This document shows positions 45,573-58,347 of a stretch of DNA of 64,000 nucleotides, piece after piece (the first letter of the stretch is position 1; each line of letters begins with the position of its first letter). Below the pieces are notes generated by a model, which did not search any database, was not told the origin of the DNA, and saw only the letters and a program-made list of their open reading frames with translations. The DNA is taken from the NCBI GenBank assembly GCA_001643675.2, contig LSRY02000044.1, forward strand, positions 248,001 to 312,000. Direction: 5' to 3'. The stretch is from Monocercomonoides exilis PA203. Taxonomy: Eukaryota > Protista > Preaxostyla. The translations under genes and the position numbers were made by a program.

Positions 45573-48500
45573 GAAATTTGATTTTACAAAAACAAAAGTA
45601 CTTTTTTAACTGTAATCTGGTCTCAATTTGCATGAAATGCCTTTTGATTATTCTAGCTTTGTTCATTTTTATGATGGTTGTTGAAACGATAAGTTAGAAA
45701 AAGAATTCTTTTTTATCAATAAAAATTTTCAATTATTATAATTCAGATTTATTAAAAAAGAGTGTCACAAAATTTTTTCTTTTCTTTTTGTTTCTGAATG
45801 TTTTGTATTTTGAAATAACTTCATTGCACTTTGTTTAAAAAAGATATCTTAATTAAAAAATGTACAGTCAGAGGATAATACCAAAATAATATAAAGTACC
45901 TTTATTTATGTATATTTCACACTTTTTTTGTATCCAAAGAATTTTTTGATAAGCTTTTTCGTGAACTGACCGTTATTTACTGAAAACGTAAATCTTTTAT
46001 TTGTTTTCAATTCCTATAACTGAATACATTTGTTTTCTTGTTGTTGATGTCTCAAATGATGTTTTTTTCTTTTTTCCCCTTTTTGGTGGATATAATGCAA
46101 AACAATGTTTTTATCAAAAATTCTTTTTACGAATTTTGAAGATAATACGCAATGCCAAAACCGCGTAGAAAATATGATCATCGTTTGAAAGAAGGAAGCC
46201 ACAAGCGGGAAAGAGATTCAGGGATTTTTTGGTGCATAAATTCGGGACAGCCTTTCAAAGAGATTTTTCCACTAAGCTTAAAGCTTCATTATCTGCGAGT
46301 GAAGCAAAACTTGAAAGTGGAGCCGAAGCTTGAGTTGACGAAGAAAGAAATTTCAGATGATATTTCCTGGCTTGTGACAAGTGGCGGGGGTTTTAGCAGC
46401 AGAGAAGAAGGACTCCGAACATGGAAGATTAATGGGATATTTCCCACAGTTTTAGGGGGGTCGTCGTCTGCCGGATGAGGCAAAATCGAAAGTTTGTGAA
46501 ATTGATTATGAAATGTTTGATTCGAAACAATTACAGATTATCTTGTCTTTCTTCCTCAGCTCATGCAAGTTATTGGAATCTGCGAGTCTGTTTCGATGAC
46601 ACTCACGAATCATTTTTTGGAGAGCTATTCGGATTACAACATTCGTTTTCTGAGCTATCAATTGGAGTTATTGCATGTATGATGAGATTATTTTTTAAAA
46701 AAAAGTTTTTAAGAACTTCCATTTTGACTATTATTCTGTGTTTGTATGTGCGCTTGCTGTTTGTACTGTTTTGTCCAGATGAATTTGAAAGCATGCGCTC
46801 CTTCGTTTTGCTCTGAATTGGAAGGACGCTTCAAACTATTTCTTGGAACTTATGACAATTACCCCGTGGATAGAGAAAAATTGAAGTGGTTTGTGCTTTT
46901 GCCTTTTTATTTAAAATGATATCTTTGTTGACTCGTTTGTTATTTCTGTTGCTATTTTCTGTATTTCTACGGTGCTTCGTAAACAACATGCTTTTCACTT
47001 CATCAACGCAGGCTTCAGTCATTTGTTGGGCGTGTACTATCTGGCTTCTTCAGCCTTGCAGGTGCTCAGCGTGCTGTGTCATCAGCCTCTTTGCAACCGA
47101 TCGGATCAGAGGAGCCTGCGATCCCCATTGCAGAGCGAGAGAGGCGGTTTATTGAGTCGCTGGGGAAGCAGCAGGAAACACATACAGCCAACGATCCACG
47201 CTTTCCTGCACAAATTCCAACTGAGTTACTACTCCCTTATGCAGCATGCTCTCCTCCCTTCCCATCTGCACAGCCTCGCTCTGATTGCATGGGCAGCTCA
47301 TTGGATAGGTAAGACAAGACAGACACTTCTCTTTCAGCAGCCAGAGATGGAATATCTGGTTCTGTTCAGATCCCGCAGATTCCTCTGTCTTCAAACAGAT
47401 CGTCCTGTTCATCTTCCTTACCTTCTTCCAATTCTTCTTCCCATCCTCCTCCTTTTTCTTTATTCTCATCATCGTCATCACCACCATCAATGCATTCTGC
47501 AGCTTCGCTGAACGTGCATTTGAACTGTTTTCCTCTTCCCCAGAGGCGCATTCCGCTCTGCTTCAGCACTTCGTATGGCTTCCGCGCTCTGGCTGTGCTG
47601 AACAGGGTAAATGACGTGAATGGGCATCGAATGAGAAATGGCGGTGGAAGAGGGAAGGAGCTTCAAGGTGCATTGCGTTCATCAGCTCGCTTTATGACAC
47701 CGTAAAGAAGCGAAGAGAGAGAAGTTCAAGTTCAAATGGAAGATGCAAAGAAGGCGGATTTCAGGAGCAAGTTAAGCTCAGAGCAGAGGAAAGGAAGACA
47801 GCAGGAAGAGCCAAAGGCGAAGACGAAGAAGAAGGAGAAAGGCGAGTTTTGTACATCGCAAATTGACGCTTTCGATACAAGGCAGGTGCAGGCAGCAACA
47901 GAAAGGAGGAGGAGGGACAGGGGAAGAGAAGAAGGAGGTGATGAAAATGATGATGAACAGCAGCAGACATTTTACTCGTTCGACAACACGCTGTCGTCTG
48001 CCAGGCTGCACACTCAAAAAATCACAGCCTCCTCGACAATTTCTTTATTCACTTTTTCTCGCTTGCACAACACACAATTGTCTTCCTCTTCTGTTCTTGT
48101 TGACTGTTCACCGAAGCCTCTCGCGCTGTTCTCCCTCTACCAACTCCTGTTCACTCAAACAAAAATTCATCTGCACATCCAGCCCAATTTTTGCATCTTT
48201 ATCAAACATGTCTTCTTCCTCTCATTCTTCCTCACCTTCTTCTACAATTTCTTCCTTCTCGCTTCCACCGCTTGTGATTGTGTCGATCCCTCGTGCGATT
48301 CTTAGGAAGAGCAGATTGGGCAATGCAGGTGTGTTTGCAAGCAGCAGCGTGTCAGCGACGAGGGGTGTGCTTTGAGCCACAGAGTATCCTTCTGAACTAT
48401 GCGGCATATGTGGCTAGCCAGGGGATTCGGGTTGGCGGTGAGAAGGAGGGGAAGGGAGAGAAGAAGGATGAGAAAATGAGTACAAACGAGTTTGTGAGTG

Positions 48501-50694
48501 ATAAAGATGAAAAGGAATCGTTGTGTTTGACAGATAAATGCATCGATAATGAGAAAGATGAAGAGGAAGAAGAAGAAGAAGAAGGATTTGACAAAGATAT
48601 TAGAAAGGCTCAGAAAGAAAGAGGAGCAAAAGAAAAGAAGAAAACAACAAAAGAGAAGAATAAGCCTGTAACGATTCTGACCACTTTTTGCTTTGATTTT
48701 CTGCCTGAAATCAAAAATCGAAGAAGGATTTAGCAGCACATTAACGAACACGATCACTTTCTCAACATTTCCATCTGCAAACACATCAACTTCATTCACT
48801 TCATCATTTCCCACTTCTTCTTTCTCACCTTCTTCTTTCTCACCTTCTTCTTTCTCACCTTCTTCTTTCTCTCCTTCTTCTCATTTGAATTCCTCCACCA
48901 CATCACAGCCTTCTTCCCACTTGCATTCTTCATCTACCACACAATCAAATGATTCTCAGCTTTCTTCTTCCATTTCATCTTTGTTCGCTTCATCCTTCTC
49001 TTCATCCTTCTTTTCATCCTTCTCTTCCTCCTCTTCCTCTTCCTCTTCCTCTTCCTCATCCTATAATTCCTCATATTCCTCAAATTTGACTGTCTCTCCT
49101 TCTTCTTCTTCCACTTCTTCCTCCTCCTCCTTTGCTCACCTCATCGCTCACACAGTGGCCAATGAACTGAGTGTGAAGGTAAATTATGTTTCAAGAGAAG
49201 ATTAACAAGTGATTGGAGTTATCGAGGAATATAACGAGAAGAATGACACAGAAAGTGCTGGAGAGGAATCAAGCCACTTCTGAGACATTTTCAAAAGGAG
49301 AATGTTTAAGAAACAGAGTTGAAATGGAACGAAGATGTGGAGAGGATGGAAAAGGAAGCTGGAAGGAAAAGCGATGAGAAGATTAAAGAGAGCAAAGACA
49401 AGTTCGAATCAGTTTTATTCGTTGATTATTGATTTTCTCGTATTTTATTCAACGTTTGATGAAGCAACTGAATCGAAAAGAAAGGACTGATCTTTTTTTA
49501 TGATATTTCAGTTGAAGAAAAAAATAAAGTGAAAAAAAACCAACTTCTTTCATAATTTAAAAGTTATTTAATCTGATTATTGAAACAATCTTTTAAGCAA
49601 ACTGTTTCAATAAATTTTTTCAAAGTGTTCTTTATTTATTAGGATAGTTTGGCAAGTTGAGAAATTTGATATTTATTTTTCACAGTTTAATTTTTTATTA
49701 TTCACATTTTTTTTCCTTGATCAGTTAATACATTTTTCGCTGAAAACATAAACAGGTATGTTTATATATATATGAACAAAACAAACAATGTTGTGATTAT
49801 TTAAGCTATGTTCTTTTAAAAAAATCGATATTTAAAAGATGATCTTAAGTTCCACAATTATATTTAATATTTCATTTTTTGATCTTTTTTTATGATGTCA
49901 AAAAAAATCACCCATATAGTCTTTCAAGCTTTTTATGCACAAAGCACATAAAAATTACTTCACTCGTAACTTTATTTCGCTTTCTCAGATTTTGAAATGA
50001 ATTTGATTTTCATATCCGTAAACAGGCATCGTTGAAAACAAAACATTAAGTTTTCCAACATTTTTCGAATGTCAAAAAATGGATTCATTTATATTGAGTT
50101 TTTTAGTCTTAAAAAGTCAATGAAAAGTGCATAATTTATCAATGAAAATGCTTGAAGCAAAATATTTTGTCCCATATGAAATACAAAATTTTTCTATTTG
50201 GGTGTTTTTTTTTTTACATCATAAAAAAAGATCAAAAATCGAAAAAATAAAATCTATTGTGGTATTTATTGATCAAAGAGTCAAATTGATTTTTAGCAAG
50301 TATTTAATTTTTATTTCTGTAATATATATTTATTTTATTTTATTTTGCAAAAAAACATACATTTTTTATGTTTTTTGTAATTAAATGTTTTTTGTCAAGT
50401 TTCAAAAAAAAAAAAAATGAAAAATCAATCTTTAAAAGGAAAATAGATATTTCTAAACTGGAAAAACAAAACATTGAAAAGAAAAAATTTAAAATAAGAA
50501 CAATAAAAAACGATAAGAAAACAAAATTATTAAAACCAATTTATAAATAATAGTTATTTCTCTTTTTTCTTTTCGTCTTTGAACAGCTAACAAATTTCCT
50601 TTCCTTTTATTTGATTCAGAAGCTTCATCAAACGTTAAATGAAATCGTGGAAAATTAGAAAAGCTAAGTTCAAAAGCTTGTTCCCTCACATAAC

Positions 50695-50900
50695 TCTGAT
50701 AAAAATTGTTGCAAACAATGGAGCCGATGCTGATGGCTGTGGTTTAACACAGCAAAACACTTGTGCCACCATCGAGTATGCCCTCAACGGCTTCATTTCT
50801 CTCCTCCAAGATGCCTCCCTCACTCTCCTCACGTCAACATTAGTTCCTCTTCACATACTTACCTTCAGCGCGGTTGACACAAAAACAACAGGAAATAATG
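50695..50900 (+). pseudogene. Short receptor-module fragment paralogous to 17975-18445
   Basis: VANNGADADGCGLTQQNTCATIEYALNGFISLLQDASLTLLTSTLVP...FSAVDTKTTGN. Confidence 0.7.
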
Positions 50901-51543
50901 ACTTTTTTCTGATTTCCTTTTGATTTCTTCAAATTCTGATAATTTTCCATATCATTGAAAAATACATGAGACTTCATCGCTTCTTCAACTGAAGAACATA
51001 TCACTTAATTTTACCAAAATACTTAACATCAGCTCAAATATAAATATTTCTTCGATGTTTCCTCTTCGAATTTTTCTTCTCCATCAACTACAAATTAAGC
51101 TCATGAAAAAAGATTCATTGCTGTCGTATCTTCAAAAGAAATATATTCATATATATCAAGCAATTTTCTTCAGATTATATTTTCTTCACCTTTCCGATTT
51201 CAAATTGTTCGTATCAAATAAGAGCAAAAATCTCATATAATTTCTCTTTAAATATGCCTTTTCCTCTCGATTCCTTTTCTTCATCATTTCATTTTCAACA
51301 ATTCGATGTTGGTTCGTAGCTGCGAAATCTGCAGAATGCCATTTTTGAAACCCAGCCATTCCAAATAAAAATCGCTTCAATGCCCTTTCTGTTTTCACTG
51401 CAAATGCTTCAGCTTCCAAATGAAAAAAGTCAGAGGCAATCTCTATTTTTTGTTGCGTGCCTGATGTTCGGCTATTCTGGATCAATGTTACCCATTTCAT
51501 CTCCGTGTTATGTCTGGCTGAAATTCTATTTCAGAATAAATAA

Positions 51544-54500
51544 TTATCTGTGCTTCTGAATAGGAATGAAAGAAGAGGCCTGATGATGAATTTGACGGGA
51601 GCTGAACGAAAGAGAAGGAGACGAAGATAGAGCAGGAAGTGAGAGTAGAGAAAGAGAGCCAGGATCAGCAAGACTAGCAGAAGATAGAAGTTTAGCTTGG
51701 GACTGCAGTGAAGGAGATAAAGATGTTCTGAGAGAAGAAGAAGATTGAAGTTGGATGTTCATAAAAAAGGATGAATCGACAAGTGAAGAGGTGCAACGAG
51801 AAAGAGGATGAAGAGCAATGTTTGTATTTGCAGAAAAATCAGCAGCTGAATCAAAAGGCGCTACCAAATTGAGTGAAGGATATTTCTGCATCAGATCCAT
51901 CGCCATTGAATTCTGCGATGTGAAGAAAGATGCCAACTTTGAGAACGAAAGCGAAGAAAACAACTTCGACAGAGCATCTCTTCTTCCGGGCACACTGCTC
52001 TGATTGAATGTTCTCTTTCCTCTTCCTCTTCTCAACTCCGCTCGACTCTGCCTCATCCGGCTCTTCAGCGCATTCATCAGATCCAGCCATGCTCTCGTTT
52101 GCCTCGCATCGACTGCTGCAAACACAGGCACTTTCCTCATCTTCCACACAAATTGCCCGTTTTACTCGCTTTTGGTGCGAACATAGCGGCAGGGCACATC
52201 CTGTTCGTCGCTCAAATCTTCCAGGTCAGAATTAGCGAGGTCATTCAGCGTGCAGTCCAATTTCCGCTCTCTTGTCAAAATTGGCATTTGGCTTTCTTTC
52301 GCCTCTTGTTGCACCTCGCTTGCCATTTTGTGCTCTTTCTGGTTTGTCGGAGTGTCTGTCTCAAGGTGCGGTTGTAATATTCCTTAAACGCTGCTAAACA
52401 GATCCTTGTCTTTTTCTTCTTTCTTCTTCCTTTCCTCTCTTTCTCTTCTTTCTCATTCCTCTTTTTCTGTATTTCCTGTTATTTCATCATCCGAAGCAGT
52501 TTTTCTCTCTGATCATCAGATTCCAATGAACAATCCTTGATCTTCGCTTCTTCATCTTCCACTTTCCCTTTCTCATTCTGAAACTCATCTTTCATCTCCC
52601 TTGTCACTTCTTTGTTGAAATTCTTCATTCCCATAACACCCAACGTAACCCCTTCTCCCCCTCCTCCTCCAACAGCAGGTGACAGCGATATCGTTAGTGC
52701 ACCTTTAGCACCAATCTATATCTTCATCTTTTGGCTTCGCACGTTCAACACATCTCACCAACCCCTCTCCATCCCCAGTCCGTTCGCTTTCCTCGAGTAA
52801 AGTGAATCGTTCCAAAGGCGCCTCTTTCTGAAGAATATTGTTTAGGCTTTGGAGAATGTGAAGATGGAGGAGAGGGAGTTGTTTTTGCTGCTTTTGCTAT
52901 GAAAGAGGCACGGGCTTTGGCTCATTGGAATGTATTTCGTCTTTTCTGCCGTTTCTTATTGATTCTTTGGTGTTTGTATTCTTTTCTGCTTCTGTTTGAT
53001 TATCTTTGCTTCTGAAGCAGCTTCTTTGGGGTTGTTCATTGAATCCTCTTAAATCACTTCTTTATCATCATCTTTCGTGTTATCTTCATATCCTTTCTCT
53101 TCTTCCTTATTTCCATTTTCATTTAAAGAGTTATTCCCTTCTTTCTCTTCTTTCCCGTCTTCTTTGCCATCTCCTTCACTTTTTGAAGCACTCACATTAA
53201 TTCCTGGTCTTTTTATCTACTCGTCAATCGGTGCAGGAGAAAGCAACAGGTTTGGTCTGACCATCAAAAGCACTTCGTTCACAACAAAATCACGTTGAAG
53301 CTCAAGCGCTTGGAAACACCACTGAATCAAACACTGTTTTTCTCTCTGTTTGTGTCTCTTTACTCTTCGCTCTTCTTCATCACTGATGATGGAGCTGTTG
53401 TAAAGGCATTCGCTTTCTTCATTTTACTTCGGTTCCTTCAAAGAATTTCTTTTCATCAATGATAAACTCTCGTTTTCTTCTGCTTTTGCTTTATATTCAT
53501 TTTCTTCATCATTTCTTTCACTATCATTTACAGGCTTTAATTCCTTCGTCATCTTAATCATTTCTCTTATTCTTCTCTCCTCTCTTCTCTCGTTCCTTGC
53601 TCCTCTCTTTCTTTCCTTCGCTCTCTCTCTCTTTCTCTTTCTCTCTTCCTTTTCTCTAGATTCTCCGAATACCGCTCCACCATCCGAAACTCGGCAAACA
53701 GCAGCAGCGCCTCAAACACATCTGGCGGGAGAATGAAATATTGTCGTTTCCTTCTTTTTCCGAACTGCTGCCTCATCCTTCTCATATGCTGCTCTTCACC
53801 AGTCAGGAATTTGTTGTGAAGCAATGTACGCAACAAGGAGGAATAAGAAGAAGAATATGAAGCGCCAGAAGCAGAAGCAACTTGTGAACAGCGGTTGAGA
53901 TCTCGTCTATGGAGATGATTGTGTATTGCTCTTTTACAGCGCTCCATGACAATCTCAGAACGATGAGGTGGCTTGGGGTGGAGAGAGAGGTCAGTTACTG
54001 CTGGAGAAGATGAGGAAGATGAAGATGAAGGAGAGGAAGAGGAAGAGGAAGGAGAAGGAGATGGCCGGCAAAGAGAAAGAAAAGATTCATTCGGCAATGA
54101 AGAAGGAGATGTGCCTGTTGATGTGCCAACGCCAGCAATTGAATGAGTCAAAAAGGTTTGTGTTGAATTTTGATTGCTTTTTCTCTGTCTTTGTCTTCGT
54201 GACACATAAGACGGATTCTGAAGGGTTACTTCTTGTGGCGGAACGAACATAGGAAGCAGCAGATGCGGCTCATGTTTTCTTTTGAAAGTCTTCGATGATT
54301 TCATCAATTTCTGCTTTTTCTGCTCTTTCTTGTGATGAATTCACTTCTGACTGTTCGGATGAAGAGGAAGATGAAGAAAAATATGATGATGATGATGATT
54401 TCTGTGTTGATGTCAATGATAATGCTTATTTCTGTGACTATGCCTGTTCTGTTTCATTTGTCTGTTTCTATCTCATAAACGTTCGCACACCGGAAACACA

Positions 54501-57500
54501 TATCCTTCTGTCAAATCGCCTTTCATTGGAACAATCTGCAACCAAACACCGAAGGCTCTAGTGTTTGCTGATTGGAGCCGAGAAGTGGTGGATGCTATAG
54601 ATTGATGTGAGAACAGCTTCAGAACAGAATTTGGTGTAGAAGAAGAGGCTGAAGAAGAAAGGGTTGATATTTCATCTGCATTGCTCCACAGATATCTCTT
54701 TATCTTCATCTTCAGTCTTTTCAATTTCTCTTCCTTCTTTTTCACTTTTTCTCTCTCCTTCTCTCTTCCTCCTTCTTTCTCTAAATAACCTCCATATCAT
54801 TAATGAATTTCTCATTTGGGAACAATAATTTCTTCAATTCATCATCCGACGCTGCTGTTAGCAATATAAAATAAATGATGCAAAAGACTCCATTTTTCTG
54901 TCTATTGTTTTTTTGTTAATAAATACCTGTGCTTGAAATACCCAGCAGCTGTGGCACAAATTGAGTAAAAAGGAAGAAAGAGACGACTTTTTTGATTGGG
55001 GAGCTGGCTGCAGATGCGAAAGTGGTTGAATACGATGGGTAGAATTAAGCGATCTGCCTAATGATGTCCTTTTGGTGGAAGGAGGTTCTTGCAAAAGAAG
55101 AAGAACGTTGGGATGAGTTGGAAGATGTTGAAGATCTGCAAGAATCCACATATTGATGGCTCGTGGCAGCTCTGGTTGTGCTTGTGATGTTACACAAAAA
55201 AGATGTTCTATCTGTCGAGGATATTTGAGGAAAGAGAGCATTTGGTGGAAGCTGAAATCATTTTTTGAGGCAAAGTGAGAAAGATGAGAGGAGGAGAAGG
55301 AGATCTGTGGTGTTTGAATGGAGTGTCATTCACAGAAGATAAGGAGTGACATTGAAAGAGGAGAACTTTTATTGGAAAGAGAAGATAATTCCTGCATTTT
55401 GCGATGTGCATTTGACTTTTTCGATCATGGAAACCACAAAGCTGTTTGTGTATGACTGATTTGAGAAGGAAGAAGAAGAAGAAGGCATTGATGACGAAGA
55501 GAAGAAATGTTTAGTGGTCTGTAAGAAGAGGAAGTCTCGTTTCATGTGGAATGAACAGTCAGCTGCAACACAGAGACAATAGTGGAAGCCAAATGCGCAG
55601 AAGAGTATTCCCGGTTCAGTCTTTTTCATCAGCTCTGACTCCAATGATGACACAAACGGTGGTAGGTGATCGTGGAGGAGACCCATTGCCCACTCTAAAA
55701 AGAAGAAACTGAATGAAATTATAACAAAAAAAGAGATGGTTCATATGTTTACGTATCAATTAATAGAAAAAAATGAAAATGAGAGTTTGAATAAGTTAAA
55801 ATAAAGAATAACAAGAAATATGATAAAAACAATGAAAACAATAAGATAAAAATATGACAAACATTATCAAGTCAGGAATAGCGCCTTCATCGTATCTTGT
55901 ACAGAGCTTATTAGCAATTGTTTGAATGAGTCCAATCTGACTGGAAAGATTGAATGAATCGGTGATTTTTATGCAGAGGTGGCCCAAACAAAAAATTCGA
56001 TGAAGATTGTAAATAAACACATCATATAATGACCGATTCGATAAACTCACAAGAAAAAGATGAAGTTCATAATAAATGATGGAAAAAAGTTCTTAAAATT
56101 ACAAAAATTCAAAAATACATTAAAAAAATAAACACACAATAATTTTTTGTTATTATTAAAAGAAAAATTCAACTCACACCTCATCGCTTCAGATCTTCTC
56201 CATTGCAAAAGGCGATCCGTCTGGAACTCTTTTCTTTTCTCTCGCTGAGTTAAGAATCTCCTCCGCCTCCTTCACCATCTCCGCTTTCATGACTTATCTC
56301 TTCTTCGAGAAATTTGGCAACATTGAATGGAAAAACTCAATTTCCACGATAATTGCTGTATTCACTTTCTGTTCTTGCAAAGCTTGCTGCTTTGGGTGCA
56401 TTCAACTTTGTCTCTTCTCCAAACTCCTTCTCTTGTGATACGAATAGCGTCTGCTTCCCAATCGCTCCCATTTGTCAATTCCATCTTCATCTTCATCAGC
56501 GCGTCTGCCCAACTCGACGTCAACAGCTTCAAATCAAAAACAAACAGACTTATCCATCTGATGCTTCCATTGCTTCCTCTTCCTCTTCTGCTTCTGCCAC
56601 ATTCATCATTAACTGGTCTGCGTGTTGTGACTCATATACAATCCACGAAGCATCCACATTCTCTTCTGTAGCATCTTCTCAGGCTGTGCGGTAAACAGTT
56701 CAGGTTAGAGAACTATGCAAAGGGGTCCTTACCTAAAATGAGTTGGTCGTTTGTCGTTCACTTCTCATCGACAGTGAGTATGCAGTCGCAAACAATCCAG
56801 TTCTTGTTCAGCGCATAGAATAGGTTCGTGTCCACTTTCCGCACCGCACACAAAACAAAAAAAACAGCGAGCACTCGATGTTCGCCTGAAGTATCCTCGT
56901 CGACTTCTCCTGCTGCAGCCAACTGAACAAGTTCATAGCATGCTGAGGATCAAACAAAAGCGGTGGGGCAAGCACAAGAGAAGAGATATCGCAGTTAACA
57001 TGCTAAGTATTCTTCGCATAAAGTGTTTATGGAAGATGTTGACCTTCTCCTCTTTGTCATCTGCCTCGTCCCTCTTGTCAAACATCCTTTAAACCACAGA
57101 CACTCTTGACTCCATTCCTCTCCTCCTTTCCTCAGGACTCTTATTCCTTGTTCCTCATTCTTCTTCTCCTTTAGGAGCGATTGCAGATGGTAGATCTTGT
57201 CCAAGTTTTTGTTCTTTGTTTCCTCAAATCGCATCTTCTTTAGCTGAATACGATTTGTGACTGGAATTAATGATAAATCCTTTTGCTCCATCCTTCCATT
57301 TAGCCTCCTCAACCATCTGTGCCTTTGTGAAATTTTTCTGTTTCTTTTCTTTTCTTTTCTTTTCTTTTCTTTTCTTTTCTTTTCTTTTCTTTTCTTTTCT
57401 TTTTTTCCTGCCCCTCTTTTTCGTTCTCAATCTCTTTTTCTGTTGCTCCTTCCACTTCCTCGTTTTCCCAAACCTGTTCCATTACCTTCCTCCTGCTCCT

Positions 57501-57600
57501 CTTTTTTCCTTTCTTCAGTACTCTCATAGCATTATTCTCTGGAAGAACCTGTTTCAAACATTTCATCAAATTCACGAGTTCGATGAACTGCTGTTCGATG
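51544..57600 (-). pseudogene. Decayed low-complexity hypothetical gene(s)
   Basis: Chain of broken Ser/Glu/Lys-rich minus-strand ORFs separated by AT-rich intron-like gaps; no family recognised. Confidence 0.3.
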
Positions 57601-57849
57601 ATCTCGTGTCTTTGGTTTTGATCTATTCAAGCAGCTCCATCTTCTGCATCATCTTTTATTGCGAAGATGAAAATACTATTATGCAGCAAATGAAACTTAT
57701 ACAAAAAAGACATTATTACAACCATGACGAAAATTGCGTGAAAAAATTAAAAAATAAAAAATCGAAAGGAAAAAGAAGAATACGAAGATGATGCTTGTGA
57801 AGATTATTGGCAATTCAATTGCAATACTTAAATAATAAATTACAAAGGC

Positions 57850-58128
57850 AATATTCATCAACTGAACGAAATATTAGAAAATTGATTTATCTTATTTTTT
57901 TTTTAAAAAATTTATAAATTGAAAAGATCATGGCGTTTTTGGGATTACAATTTTTTGCTCAATACAGCATATAATGATATTTTCAGCTCATTAAGCATAG
58001 AATATGCGACTTTCTGTGTTGACCAAAATGCGCAAAGAATTTGGTTTTTTTTGATCATTAATTTTGGAAATGTGATATTTGTTTGAATATAATTCATTTA
58101 ATTTGTGAATATTATTGCTTTATTAATG
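57850..58128 (+). repeat. Left TIR
   Basis: Reverse complement of 63127-63411, e.g. gatcatggcgtttt...gctcaatacagcatataatgatattttcagc...gaccaaaatg...attattgctttattaatg. Confidence 0.95.
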
Positions 58129-58347
58129 AAACATGTTATCAGTAAATAGTTTTGTTGTTTTTATCGTTCAAGTCGAGGTTATTAAAAAATCTGAAACACA
58201 TATTTCTTATTTGAGCAAAAATATTGATAATTGTTATTGTTTATCGAAATTTCAATATTGAAAATACAATTAAAACAATAATTGTTGAGCTGTGAAATTT
58301 TTATTAATTGATAATAATTCCATAATAAATTGAAAAAAATCACAAAT

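Noticed and set aside
43100-49490. Coding-like ORFs at 43.1-44.5 kb and 46.9-49.5 kb
   Set aside because: Broken, low-complexity and with no recognisable family; strand and boundaries cannot be supported.
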